DNA of 64,000 bases, from IMG/VR virus record IMGVR_UViG_3300010158_000055; one strand, 5' to 3'. The notes beneath the pieces were generated by a model, which saw nothing but the letters and a program-made list of their open reading frames with translations, ran no database searches and was not told the DNA's origin. A program made the translations under genes and the position numbers. The DNA comes from an uncultured virus (IMG/VR IMGVR_UViG_3300010158_000055). Taxonomy: Duplodnaviria; Heunggongvirae; Uroviricota; Caudoviricetes. Shown here piece by piece: positions 10,270-20,145 of the stretch. Every line of letters starts with the position of its first letter. Within the stretch, counting starts at the first letter, position 1.

Positions 10270-10859
10270 TGTGCAGGTGCTCCTGTAGGGGCTGGTGCTG
10301 GTGCACCCGAGGCTTGTGCGTTTTCTTGATCAGCCTGTTCGCCGCTTTGGTACATTTCATCGTCCAAGCCTTCCTCGTAACTGGCTTCCACGTCTTCACT
10401 GTTGAGTGTTTCGTTGTCTAATTCTAAACTGCCTTGATGTATGTCTTGCATGAGTTTTTTAGGAACTGTGATCTCTACCAGCCAAATTGGTGCTTTGGCC
10501 ATTTTTGCCAGTTTAGTACCAGGCTGAAAATCCATGGGGCTTTTGAGTTTGATGGGATAACTTATGGTGTCTCGATGATACTTGACCACACATCCGTAGT
10601 CAGCTAAACGTTTGGCACCACGTGTGTCGGGCTTGGTTTTGTACGGCCACATAAAAGTGCAGGTGACAAAATATTTTTCGTAAACAGGCCCTTCTACTAG
10701 CTCGCCCTGTTTCCAGTGATCAAATGTGTATATGTCCAGTTCATCAATGATACGTTCAAAATCTAACAACGTATTGAGACTGCTGTCGGTCATGTAGATA
10801 TCTTTGGTGTTTTCTATAACATCAGAAATACTACGAGATTTGCGGGATAATTCAGTCAT
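10266..10859 (-). CDS. Hypothetical phage protein
   Basis: 197-aa ORF with upstream ATAAATA. Confidence 0.65.
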   Translation of the reverse strand: MTELSRKSRSISDVIENTKDIYMTDSSLNTLLDFERIIDELDIYTFDHWKQGELVEGPVYEKYFVTCTFMWPYKTKPDTRGAKRLADYGCVVKYHRDTISYPIKLKSPMDFQPGTKLAKMAKAPIWLVEITVPKKLMQDIHQGSLELDNETLNSEDVEASYEEGLDDEMYQSGEQADQENAQASGAPAPAPTGAPAQ

Positions 10860-10898
10860 ATTAGTATAAGTTTATACTTTATTTATCTGTATCAAACG

Positions 10899-11561
10899 TT
10901 ATACCGTTATAGAATCAGCTCGTGCCAATAGTTCTAAAAACGCATCGGTAGCAGGTGTGCGTACACCTGTTACTTGTAAGGTAACTCTTGGCGTATGTCC
11001 AGCGTTGGCAGTTGAGTGTGGAACATTTTGCCAGTCAAATGTAGTAACATCTCCGGCTCGCCAACCAGAATGTGTGTAGTTTCCGTAACTCCAAAAATGC
11101 CCGGGTTGCCAATTGGTTAGTTGTATTTGTACCCGTAATACACTATCGGGACTGTTGGGATTCCATTTTTCCAACTTGTCTAGATGTAAGTTCCATACTT
11201 CTCCGGGCTGTTGTATATGAATTCTGGTCATAGCATCTTCCATGGCAAACCGATCAGCCATGCGTTGAAACTTATCGGGTATATTCCAGTTCAAGTGTGT
11301 GATTATGTAATCTCGACCGTAGCCTTCACGCTCAAGATCGTATTCTTCTGCGGCTAATTCCTCTTCGGGTCTAGTGTTGCTTGCCTGCCCACGAGTACGC
11401 CAAGTTGCCGGTTTGGCAGTGGCAATGACTTCGGCAAGTTCTTTATCCCAATTGGCCTCAAACTGCCCGAGACGAATCACTGTGTCGTATTGTGGATCTA
11501 TTTTTGTTGGATCAAAATGATACCGGCTTCTTGTTTTTGTTGTGTCCCATGAACTGATCAT
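10899..11561 (-). CDS. Cupin / 2OG-Fe(II) oxygenase-like protein
   Basis: HLD...H metal triad (WNLHLD; PHSTAN) and RVTLQVTG strand. Confidence 0.65.
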   Translation of the reverse strand: MISSWDTTKTRSRYHFDPTKIDPQYDTVIRLGQFEANWDKELAEVIATAKPATWRTRGQASNTRPEEELAAEEYDLEREGYGRDYIITHLNWNIPDKFQRMADRFAMEDAMTRIHIQQPGEVWNLHLDKLEKWNPNSPDSVLRVQIQLTNWQPGHFWSYGNYTHSGWRAGDVTTFDWQNVPHSTANAGHTPRVTLQVTGVRTPATDAFLELLARADSITV

Positions 11562-12178
11562 ATCACTGTTACCTTTATGTCTGACGCTACATAGTCTTGA
11601 TAATACTCTTTTGCAGGTGTTGCAATGCCCAACGTTCTTGCCAGTTGCCTATTGGTTTCCATGATTTTTGCTGGATATTCCCTTGCGGCTGCTCTATTAC
11701 CTGCATTTTCTCTCGCAATGGCCGCGGCCATGGATCTTAGATCTTTGTAGTAATCCCTATAGGCAGGATAGCTAATTTTAAACTCGCCACACTTGACCCA
11801 CCAGCCTAGGCAAGCATCATCTGATCTATCAATCAGCACAACAGGGCAGTCAGGCCAGGTTCTTTTGATATAGTCAATGTGATATCCAAACACATGGCTT
11901 TTGATAATACGTACCCCGGTGCCTGAGAACGGGCGATCAAACTCAGCTTCACATTCTTCTTTGGAGTATTCATTTAAACGTTCAAACCCATCGCCAAACT
12001 CCATGGCTGGACCCCAATATACTCCCAGGTGCATTAAATCATATGTGCCCGAAGCATCGTGCCAATAGGTACGCTGATCACTGTAATCTGTGCTGTCAAC
12101 GTCGGCACTGTAGTAGATGTTTTTAACCACACTGCTCCACTTGGAGCCAGGAGCTCCACTGACAAAAATATATTTCAT
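11558..12178 (-). CDS. P-loop / sulfotransferase-like protein
   Basis: IFVSGAPGSKWS loop and IIKSH motif. Confidence 0.5.
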   Translation of the reverse strand: MKYIFVSGAPGSKWSSVVKNIYYSADVDSTDYSDQRTYWHDASGTYDLMHLGVYWGPAMEFGDGFERLNEYSKEECEAEFDRPFSGTGVRIIKSHVFGYHIDYIKRTWPDCPVVLIDRSDDACLGWWVKCGEFKISYPAYRDYYKDLRSMAAAIARENAGNRAAAREYPAKIMETNRQLARTLGIATPAKEYYQDYVASDIKVTVI

Positions 12179-12179
12179 A

Positions 12180-12763
12180 TTAAATTTTCTTAAACCATTT
12201 TTTATGTAGAGATAAACAAAAATCTAGATCTAAATTTAAGTTTAAATTGTTGTTAATTGCTGTTAAAAAATCTGTAATATCTGATTTAAATAAATCATTG
12301 GGATTAATATTATACATGTTATCTTTCGTTGTTTCAAAAATTGTTGAAACAACGTTACCACTGTACGCCCACCTAGTTAATGTAGTATCATTAAAATTTA
12401 TTCTTTGATTTATTGTATCAGTTAATGTTTGCCATTCAAAATATATAAACAAAAATTGTGATAAATCCCGTATTGTTTGAAAAACATAATAAGTTTCATC
12501 AATATGTCCAACTATAATAAACGGTTTATCTGCTTTTTTAATAATTTGATAAACTTCAGTGGGATTAAAATGAGTGAATCCTACATGGGCATTTTTAATA
12601 GGAGACGAATAGTACTCATCTAAAATTATTTTATATTTATCATCACTTTCTTTAAGCAATCTATTGTTTATTTTTGGAGATGTAGAAATCATGTTGGCGA
12701 GATGATTCCCGCCCATTCCGGGAGGAAATAAAACTATTATTGTTTTATAATTTTTGATATCCA
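12180..12763 (-). CDS. AT-rich sulfotransferase-like hypothetical protein
   Basis: FPPGMGGNHL loop; start likely MDIKN. Confidence 0.45.
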
Positions 12764-12780
12764 TTACTAATCGATATATT

Positions 12781-13734
12781 TCATTCAGGTTTGATCTTTC
12801 TAGCAACAGGTTGCCACACAGAGCGTAAACGTAACATGCTGGCTCTAACACCGGCGGGTGAGTGTTCGGCGGGTGTGATAAACATCAAGTTTTCTGCAAA
12901 TTTCGCTCCGGCTTCAGTACTTCTAATTGCTGGTACAAACTGGTCTCGATACCAGGCCTGCACATCAGCAGGTGTGCCCCGGGGTAACACAATATTCCAG
13001 CATCCATGTATCGATAATCCTGGAGCAACTGTTTGCATCAATGGTGCTGATTCTAATCCTTTTAGTGGCTGTTCATTGGCAATACCAATTAATTTTAATT
13101 TACCTGCTTGTGCATGTGGCCATCCAACTGCCACAGGTGTAACTCCGAATTCAACATGTCCTGCTACGACGTCTAACAGGGCTTGAGCCGGTCCTTTGTA
13201 CATGGGAGTCACTACTGAATCGGTGGGCATTTGCAGACTATCAACAAGATATTGTACTGCCAGTCTGTGTCCACCACCACCAATGGCAATATTAACTGGT
13301 CTCTTTTGACTCTGTATCAATTTGACCAAGTCTTGAGGGGTGTTGACAGGGCTACCGGGTGCAGCCCAAAATGCCAAGGGACTGCGGGCAATGTTGGCCA
13401 CTGGTTCAAATTCCTGTGCATCATAACGAACCATATTGCTGTACCATACGTCCGCAGTGACCCAGTTGCTTTGACAAGCAGGCACAGCAACAGTGTATCC
13501 ATCTGCAGGCACTGTGGCAAAGTGATTCATGGCAATGTTGCCATCGGCACCGGGTCTATATTCACTAACAAATGTGGCACTGGTTCGCTTTTCCACTATA
13601 CTGGCCACAAATCTAAAACTGATTTCATTGCCGGCACCGGGGCCATTGGGAAATATCACAGTGATGGGTCGTTGTGGTTCCCAGGCAAAAGCCAGCACGG
13701 GTATCAATAATAATACTGCTAATAATTTTTTCAT
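12781..13734 (-). CDS. Tripartite tricarboxylate transporter substrate-binding protein (Bug/TctC)
   Basis: Signal peptide; RPGADGNIA, ADGYT, YKGPAQALLDVVAG motifs. Confidence 0.85.
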   Translation of the reverse strand: MKKLLAVLLLIPVLAFAWEPQRPITVIFPNGPGAGNEISFRFVASIVEKRTSATFVSEYRPGADGNIAMNHFATVPADGYTVAVPACQSNWVTADVWYSNMVRYDAQEFEPVANIARSPLAFWAAPGSPVNTPQDLVKLIQSQKRPVNIAIGGGGHRLAVQYLVDSLQMPTDSVVTPMYKGPAQALLDVVAGHVEFGVTPVAVGWPHAQAGKLKLIGIANEQPLKGLESAPLMQTVAPGLSIHGCWNIVLPRGTPADVQAWYRDQFVPAIRSTEAGAKFAENLMFITPAEHSPAGVRASMLRLRSVWQPVARKIKPE

Positions 13735-13780
13735 ATGCGTTCCTTGCGTTAAATACTACTATTATATTATACTATTAATT

Positions 13781-14347
13781 ATGTTAGATCAACAACACTT
13801 AAACAATTATTTTGGAAAAATCTGGAGCCAGCGTGAACGAAGCCTGGATCAATATCAATACTCGGGCTACGGCCTAGTGGACAAGATACTGCCCGGACAA
13901 CGAGTACTTGATGTGGGTTGCGGTGTGAATCCTTTTAAAAACTACATACCAAACCTAACCGGTGTTGATCCGGCATTTGATCAAGCAGACTTTTGCATGA
14001 CCATAGAAGACTATGCACAAGTTCATTACATACAGAAATTTCACGTGGCATTTTGCCTGGGCAGTATAAACTTTGGAACTAGAGAAGATATAGAACATCA
14101 AATTGCCTGTGTGATCAAATTGCTACATCGCAGAGATGCCAAGATCTTTTGGCGTTGTAATCCTGCACTGGCAGATCACGGCAATACCGAGTGCGAAACA
14201 ATACCCTTTTATCCCTGGAGTTTTGATGAGCAAGTACGCTTGGCTGAACTGTTTGGGTTCAACATTGTGGAAATGGACTGGGACAACGGTAATAGAATCT
14301 ATGCTGAATGGAACAGCAAAAACATCAGTCAAAATGCTGTAGTCTAG
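13781..14347 (+). CDS. Class I SAM-dependent methyltransferase
   Basis: VLDVGCG motif I; start at MLDQQ avoids overlap with the divergent Bug gene. Confidence 0.75.
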   Translation: MLDQQHLNNYFGKIWSQRERSLDQYQYSGYGLVDKILPGQRVLDVGCGVNPFKNYIPNLTGVDPAFDQADFCMTIEDYAQVHYIQKFHVAFCLGSINFGTREDIEHQIACVIKLLHRRDAKIFWRCNPALADHGNTECETIPFYPWSFDEQVRLAELFGFNIVEMDWDNGNRIYAEWNSKNISQNAVV

Positions 14348-14462
14348 TTTAATACTTAGCTGAATTTTTACAAGTTATAAACGCAGTTAAATCATCACAC
14401 AGTATCTCCTTAAATATTTTTGTGAAACACAGTTCACACAACTAAAACTCAAGGAGATACTT

Positions 14463-15239
14463 TTGGCCAAACGTCGAAACAGAGCAGTAGAAACAACACA
14501 ATATTATCAAACCAACCTTTCCCGTAACAAACAAAAAACACCTGATATAAAACTAGTAACCGACGATTACTTTAAACACCAAAATCAGCGACGAAAAGTA
14601 GAATTAATACCCAAAAGTCTAAATCAAGAATCATACATAGACTTGCTTACAGATGAATCCAAATTAATTATATTTGCCACAGGCCCAGCCGGCACAGGTA
14701 AAACCATGTTGGCAGTTATGGCCGCAATACAAGCGTACCAAAGAGGAGATTGTAGTAAAATAGTAATCACACGTCCAGCAGTGGGAGTGGACGACGAACA
14801 GCATGGCTTCTTACCGGGCGATATCAATGCCAAAATGGCACCATGGACTAGACCAATAATGGATGTATTTGCAGAGTACTATCGACAAAGTGAAATAACC
14901 TGTATGCTGGATGAAGGCACAATTGAAGTATCACCCTTGGCCTACATGAGGGGTAGAACTTTTAAAAATGCCTGGATCATAGCAGACGAAATGCAAAATG
15001 CGACACCAAGTCAAATGAAAATGTTGCTCACACGTCTAGGCGATAACAGTAAGATGGTGGTAACCGGAGATACACAACAGGCAGATCGCCGGGAGTCAGA
15101 AAACGGTTTAATTGACGTCAAGCGTCTAGTAGACGGATTTGGTGCTAGCAAGTTTATTGCTGGTATAGAGTTTGCGGGACGTGATATACAACGACATGCG
15201 GCTGTTGCAGAAGTATTAAAAATTTACGGAGAAATTTAA
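14463..15239 (+). CDS. phoH: PhoH-like ATPase
   Basis: GPAGTGKT, GFLPG, AYMRGRTF, DEMQN, GDTQQ motifs; TTG start with AGGAG RBS. Confidence 0.93.
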   Translation: MAKRRNRAVETTQYYQTNLSRNKQKTPDIKLVTDDYFKHQNQRRKVELIPKSLNQESYIDLLTDESKLIIFATGPAGTGKTMLAVMAAIQAYQRGDCSKIVITRPAVGVDDEQHGFLPGDINAKMAPWTRPIMDVFAEYYRQSEITCMLDEGTIEVSPLAYMRGRTFKNAWIIADEMQNATPSQMKMLLTRLGDNSKMVVTGDTQQADRRESENGLIDVKRLVDGFGASKFIAGIEFAGRDIQRHAAVAEVLKIYGEI

Positions 15240-15258
15240 TCAACCACAGCAGTAGAGA

Positions 15259-15915
15259 TTACTGCTGGTTGACTTCTTTTATATAATTCAAAACTGTAAA
15301 TCTTGCGTCGCTGTAGTGCGGATCTCGACGATGACTTTTTACACGGGCAGTGATTTTCACAGGGGCATTGAATCTGTGTTTGTTCCAAAAACTTATCAAG
15401 TTGCCTGCACCATCGTGTCCCACATGCACAAACATGTTGTAATTTTTTACGTAAGAACAACTCAAGGGCTCAAAATCAACAGATACTTTTTTGCCCATGA
15501 CACCGATAAAGGTGCTGTTGGCACTCTTGGACAGTACTGTTTCTCGTGTGACATCGGCTCGTACAGTGTCGTGATACAATTTTGGTGCCCAGGCCAACAA
15601 TCCAAAACTGTCGCTGGAGACAGAATCCTTGGTTATTAGCTCAACCACTTCTCTGAGAAATCCACCCGAGTCTCTACCAGCCAAGGCGTTCATCATCACA
15701 CGTTGCATCAAGCTGTTGACAATTTCATCAGCGTGATCTTGTAATTCTGAATCAGAAAATCCCTGCATGGCAGTGCCAGTGAAGTGTTGATAGATCAATT
15801 GTTTGTTGTTGCTACACCCATTGCGAATGATAGATTGATTGTTTATACGAAAAGCCATGATTGCGGCTTTTACAGCATCTTGAGTTGCTACTTTGATTTT
15901 TGGTATTTTTGCCAT
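15259..15915 (-). CDS. Hypothetical protein, possible C-terminal OB-fold
   Basis: Downstream of early promoter at 15945-15973. Confidence 0.6.
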   Translation of the reverse strand: MAKIPKIKVATQDAVKAAIMAFRINNQSIIRNGCSNNKQLIYQHFTGTAMQGFSDSELQDHADEIVNSLMQRVMMNALAGRDSGGFLREVVELITKDSVSSDSFGLLAWAPKLYHDTVRADVTRETVLSKSANSTFIGVMGKKVSVDFEPLSCSYVKNYNMFVHVGHDGAGNLISFWNKHRFNAPVKITARVKSHRRDPHYSDARFTVLNYIKEVNQQ

Positions 15916-15944
15916 TTTTCACTCACAGTGTTTACTATGTTACT

Positions 15945-15973
15945 ATTATAGCAAAAAGTGAATTTCTGGTCAA
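15945..15973 (-). promoter_or_regulatory. Sigma70 early promoter
   Basis: TTGACC-17-TATAAT. Confidence 0.8.
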
Positions 15974-16215
15974 CCGCGACCCCGAGCATTGATTGATTGG
16001 TGTAGGGCTTGTAAGTACTGGGTTTGACGTATCATCTTACCTTCTAAATCCTCTAAACGACTGGCAAGTTGACGGTTTTGCTCCTGTAACTGCTCTATGG
16101 TTGTTTGTGTTTCTCTAATGGTTTTATCGTGGCTCAACAAGTTTGGACGTGGTGGTGCATCAGGGTCCACTGCACGTTTTTTCTTGGCCTGCATACTTTT
16201 AAAAAATGGTGTCAT
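15970..16215 (-). CDS. Hypothetical coiled-coil protein
   Basis: Probable start MTPFF. Confidence 0.55.
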   Translation of the reverse strand: MTPFFKSMQAKKKRAVDPDAPPRPNLLSHDKTIRETQTTIEQLQEQNRQLASRLEDLEGKMIRQTQYLQALHQSINARGRG

Positions 16216-16222
16216 GTTGTAT

Positions 16223-16594
16223 TTATTCAGCAGGTTGAACAGTTTTACTGTCCTCTTCCGCCTGCATTGCATCCAACATGCTATTAAAATATTCAAGATC
16301 TAACTTACTCATCACTGCTGTGATATATTGATGATATCCTTTGAAAAAATATTTAAATTTATCATCAAATGTTTCAGCCGGAACCGAACGATCTTTTAAC
16401 ACTGTTTTAGCACTGAGATTTAAAACAATACTGCTACTGGTGACAGCATCATGTTTTAAACCACGGGTAATTTCCACACGTTCATCGTAGTAGAAATTCT
16501 TGGGATCTTTTTGCCAGCCGGCCCGTTGTGTTTGTACTCCCGGGCGTGGTTTTGCATAATGAAATGCCACTAGATAAATTTCTTTGTTTTTCAT
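16223..16594 (-). CDS. Hypothetical protein
   Basis: Coupled to clamp loader stop. Confidence 0.6.
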   Translation of the reverse strand: MKNKEIYLVAFHYAKPRPGVQTQRAGWQKDPKNFYYDERVEITRGLKHDAVTSSSIVLNLSAKTVLKDRSVPAETFDDKFKYFFKGYHQYITAVMSKLDLEYFNSMLDAMQAEEDSKTVQPAE

Positions 16595-17520
16595 TATTGT
16601 CCTATTTGTGTTAATTCGCAGAGTGTGGCGCTCAAATTGATTTCCGGGTCTGCCACTTGACTGTGACTTACTAGACCTTTTCTAATTATTAATATGGCTT
16701 CGTCTTGCCCTTCGGGAGTTGAGCTCCAAATTCCAAGGTTGTCGTACATCCATCTGAACACAGCATCCATGTCATCCACAGAAGCTTGACCGCAAATCAA
16801 TGTTCTTGCCTCACGAATCCTGCCGGCTCGGAACATGCTCACAGCATCCAATTTCCAGTCGTTAACACTGGTGTCATTTTCACCAGGAGCAATCAAAGTA
16901 CCTTTGAAGGAGTTGCTCTGTAACAATTTTAAACAACTACGCAGGTCAGGATAGGTGGCTTTGACATAAAGATCCAGAGTATCTAAATCAAATTCTATAT
17001 TTTCTTTAACTAACACAGTTGCGGCACGGGCAGTAAATTCTGTTAAATCGGTTTTGTCAATGTGGAATCTCAAAAAGCGACTGTGTAGTGCCGGCATGAT
17101 CTTGTTTGGATAATTACACGTTGCAATAAACCTCACCGACTGGCTGTAGTCTTCCATTAGGTTACGCAAGGCTGGTTGTACACTTTGTATGTTCATTTGA
17201 TCTGCCTCGTCGATCAGGACAACTTTAAAATCACCGTATGGCATGGTTTGGCAGAAGTTAATTAACCGGTCAATCCATTCAATTTTACGTGCTTCCTTAC
17301 TACCATTGGCATACATGATGTCATACTCATCGACCGCCAACTCATGTATCAACATTTTGGCCAATGTTGTTTTACCTGTGCCCGGTGATCCACTCAACAT
17401 CAAATGCGGAATACTTTTGTCTCGAACCCAACTTTCAACCTGTTCACGTTGATATTCATTTGTAAACACATATCCATCCAGTGTGTTTGGCCTAAATTTT
17501 TCTACCCATAGTTCTTTCAT
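16594..17520 (-). CDS. Sliding clamp loader subunit (T4 gp44 / RFC small-subunit-like)
   Basis: LWVEKFRP, GSPGTGKT, IDEAD, ALHSR motifs. Confidence 0.9.
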   Translation of the reverse strand: MKELWVEKFRPNTLDGYVFTNEYQREQVESWVRDKSIPHLMLSGSPGTGKTTLAKMLIHELAVDEYDIMYANGSKEARKIEWIDRLINFCQTMPYGDFKVVLIDEADQMNIQSVQPALRNLMEDYSQSVRFIATCNYPNKIMPALHSRFLRFHIDKTDLTEFTARAATVLVKENIEFDLDTLDLYVKATYPDLRSCLKLLQSNSFKGTLIAPGENDTSVNDWKLDAVSMFRAGRIREARTLICGQASVDDMDAVFRWMYDNLGIWSSTPEGQDEAILIIRKGLVSHSQVADPEINLSATLCELTQIGQ

Positions 17521-17699
17521 GCTAGATCCTTAAACATTGTCTTACGTCCCGCTTCACCTATGTGAAGATCAAATACTTCTTTTACTCGTTGCATCATGGC
17601 ACAGGCCATCATGAGTTGTTCGTTTCTGTCATCGCACATCAACAGTTGTTGATCCACTGGCTCCATCAATTCTGCCATTCTTCGTTCTATTCGACTCAT
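17517..17699 (-). CDS. Small hypothetical protein
   Basis: ATGA overlap with clamp loader start. Confidence 0.6.
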   Translation of the reverse strand: MSRIERRMAELMEPVDQQLLMCDDRNEQLMMACAMMQRVKEVFDLHIGEAGRKTMFKDLA

Positions 17700-17797
17700 T
17701 TCTCACTCGCTTTCTTTACCTACTAGAATAAACAATCATTAAAATAGCTATCAAGATTAAAAACTCACCAATAGTCATTTCTCACTCGCTTTCTTTA
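17696..17797. repeat. 23-bp exact direct repeat at gene junctions
   Basis: tcatttctcactcgctttcttta at 17696-17718 and 17775-17797. Confidence 0.9.
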
Positions 17798-18185
17798 TCA
17801 CTGCTTCTGTCAATATTTCGGAAATTATAATATCAAATATTTCAAATGCTTGTTGTAACAGTTGATCAATCATTTCAATCCTCTCCATCCCAATAAAAAT
17901 GCTGCTGTGGTTAATTCTCGTAATCTTGGACTACGTCTAAACTCAATCCAAAGATCTAAATAAACTGCAGGAAAATACGCAATCCAGATCAACTGCCTCA
18001 ACCAGTCCGGCTTGAGTCTTGCTAGGTATGCTGTCATAACAGTTTCTTGATTGCTTGAACAAGATTGTAAAAGCGACTCCTGTACGAGTCCGCCAGTGTT
18101 TGCTCTAGAAATGATTTGCCATGCGGGCAACGTCCCTGTCGCCATGTGCAGTTATTGTGTACAGTTTCACCGCAATAAACACATT

Positions 18186-18410
18186 TTACTTGTGTTTGAG
18201 TCGTTGCCATATTCGATCCGCTTCCCATTGTTCTTCTCCGCTAAATTTTGGTAGACTATTATATTCGTCTTCTAACCAACATTTTAACAGATATAAATCT
18301 CGTTTGCAACTGGAACTGGTGAAACCGTCGTTGTAGGGACTGGTGATTTCGCCCAAACTTTTCATTATGGCCACACGAGCAACATGTAGATTGGGCTGTT
18401 GAAATCCCAT
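18186..18410 (-). CDS. Hypothetical protein
   Basis: Coupled to GroES stop. Confidence 0.55.
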   Translation of the reverse strand: MGFQQPNLHVARVAIMKSLGEITSPYNDGFTSSSCKRDLYLLKCWLEDEYNSLPKFSGEEQWEADRIWQRLKHK

Positions 18411-18793
18411 TAGTCTCGGAATTTTTGTTGCGATTGCACTGCTGTGGAGATTGTGTCATCGGCTGGGGGTTCTTCATCTGACACAAATATAATATCCTTG
18501 GGATCAACACGTCGTATAGTGATTTCTTCATCCGCAATAGAAATTTTTGAACCACGTGTCCAACGACCGTGTTCGACTAGAACCCATTGTCCTGGCGCTA
18601 CATCTACTTGATCTGGACCCACACGAAATACCTGTGCCCAACGTGGACGAATTCCTGCTGTTCGACTGTCGTCGCCCAGTAATACAATTCCACTACTGAG
18701 TGTGCGACCTGAAAAGTTCATGTCTCTAACTATCACTGTGTCCTTGATGGCAGTGATATCCGTTACTGGGGTACTTTCAAATGTTGATGGCAT
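18410..18793 (-). CDS. Co-chaperonin GroES-like protein
   Basis: Mobile-loop TLSSGIVL and VFRVGP motifs. Confidence 0.75.
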   Translation of the reverse strand: MPSTFESTPVTDITAIKDTVIVRDMNFSGRTLSSGIVLLGDDSRTAGIRPRWAQVFRVGPDQVDVAPGQWVLVEHGRWTRGSKISIADEEITIRRVDPKDIIFVSDEEPPADDTISTAVQSQQKFRD

Positions 18794-18802
18794 GTGTTTC
18801 CT

Positions 18803-19276
18803 TTAGATGCGTTGAGGGCCTTTTGGGGCTGTGGGTCTTGGATCAAGTAATTCTTGAGTCACTGTTACTGATTTGGCAATTGAATCAGCCAAACTTCCAC
18901 GTAACTGTGGTTCTGCATGCGGGTCTGTTACAGACTCCGCTGGCGGGTCAAACGACACTCCATTGGGATCTACCTCGGGAATCGCTGGAGCTGGATTCTG
19001 TTGTTGTGGTACAGCCTGTCCTTGAGCCGATGGCACACCCTGTCGTGCCTGTGCTTGCTCGGTGTGAAACGCTCGTTGATCGTGTGATCTGTTGTTGATT
19101 TGATACTGTTGATCCATTGCCTGATTGCGTCCGCGAACCACAGCACCACCGGATCCCAATTGATCCCCCGCGGCGTTGACTCTCATATTACCAATGGCAA
19201 TGGTTTTTTCGTTGACCAAACGGATACTGTCCATATCTATGGCCTTGCCTTGTGTTGTTTTGTATATTCTACCCAT
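18803..19276 (-). CDS. Hypothetical protein
   Basis: AGGAG RBS and exact TATAAATA upstream. Confidence 0.65.
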   Translation of the reverse strand: MGRIYKTTQGKAIDMDSIRLVNEKTIAIGNMRVNAAGDQLGSGGAVVRGRNQAMDQQYQINNRSHDQRAFHTEQAQARQGVPSAQGQAVPQQQNPAPAIPEVDPNGVSFDPPAESVTDPHAEPQLRGSLADSIAKSVTVTQELLDPRPTAPKGPQRI

Positions 19277-19318
19277 GATTGACTCCTGTCTTGTAGTGAT
19301 ATTTATAAGCTGCTGTTG

Positions 19319-19837
19319 CTATTTTAAAAATTCTCGAATATCTAAATCGTAATACATGCTATTGATTCTGTGTACACCCATGAGATACAGCACATATGAT
19401 GCCACACTGGACCCACGACCCAGGCCCCATAATACTGAATTCTTTCGCATGACATCTACAAAATATTTTAAGTATCTCAGTAGGTCAAATAAATCACGCT
19501 CTTGAAATAATATTAATTCTTCGCCCACACGTTGCAACTCTGCCTGTGTTGAACATAAATTTAAAACATATTCTGCTATGTCTAACTTTTTATATTCTTC
19601 GGGCATGAGCCAACAGCTCTGTCGTGATTGATGGAACATATCAACATCATAGTTATCGGGATACGGATGATATTCCTGTACCTGCGGTAACTCACTATAG
19701 GTTGTTGTAACTGCTGTGTTGTATTGTACATAATCCTCAACAGAAAACTTACTCAAATCCAAATTGGGATTTTGATACAACAACTCACAAAGTTCGTCCT
19801 CTGTGGTATACGCTTGCCCAAATTTATCGTAGTTCAT
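19319..19837 (-). CDS. DNA polymerase III alpha (DnaE) fragment
   Basis: LQRVGEEL...GLGRGSSVASYVLYLMGV...DIREFLK matches the DnaE GxGRGS region; only 172 aa. Confidence 0.8.
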   Translation of the reverse strand: MNYDKFGQAYTTEDELCELLYQNPNLDLSKFSVEDYVQYNTAVTTTYSELPQVQEYHPYPDNYDVDMFHQSRQSCWLMPEEYKKLDIAEYVLNLCSTQAELQRVGEELILFQERDLFDLLRYLKYFVDVMRKNSVLWGLGRGSSVASYVLYLMGVHRINSMYYDLDIREFLK

Positions 19838-20076
19838 TGTATGTCAATGATACCTTTGAGTCCAGCGTCGTTGACCTTTTTATTCATTTCGTCCATGATC
19901 TTACGATTTCTATAACTGATCTCGGTTTGATAATCCGCAAGTAACATTTGTATCTGTGGAATGGCACTGACCGGGCCCGATCGATAACACTGACCCAGTC
20001 GTTTTTGCAAGTCAGCAAACTTTTGATTCAGTTCTTCGTCTTTTAAACTGCTTAAATTTTGTGTCAATGGATGCAT
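19834..20076 (-). CDS. Hypothetical protein
   Basis: After promoter TTGACT-17-TACACT (20101-20129). Confidence 0.6.
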   Translation of the reverse strand: MHPLTQNLSSLKDEELNQKFADLQKRLGQCYRSGPVSAIPQIQMLLADYQTEISYRNRKIMDEMNKKVNDAGLKGIIDIQ

Positions 20077-20145
20077 AAAAGAAAACTCCTGATTTTATAT
20101 AGTGTATACTATTTTCCACCAGGAGTCAATGATTTTATTGATTGA

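Noticed and set aside
13529..13780. N-terminal extension of the methyltransferase ORF
   Set aside because: Antisense overlap with the Bug gene; start at 13781 is more plausible.
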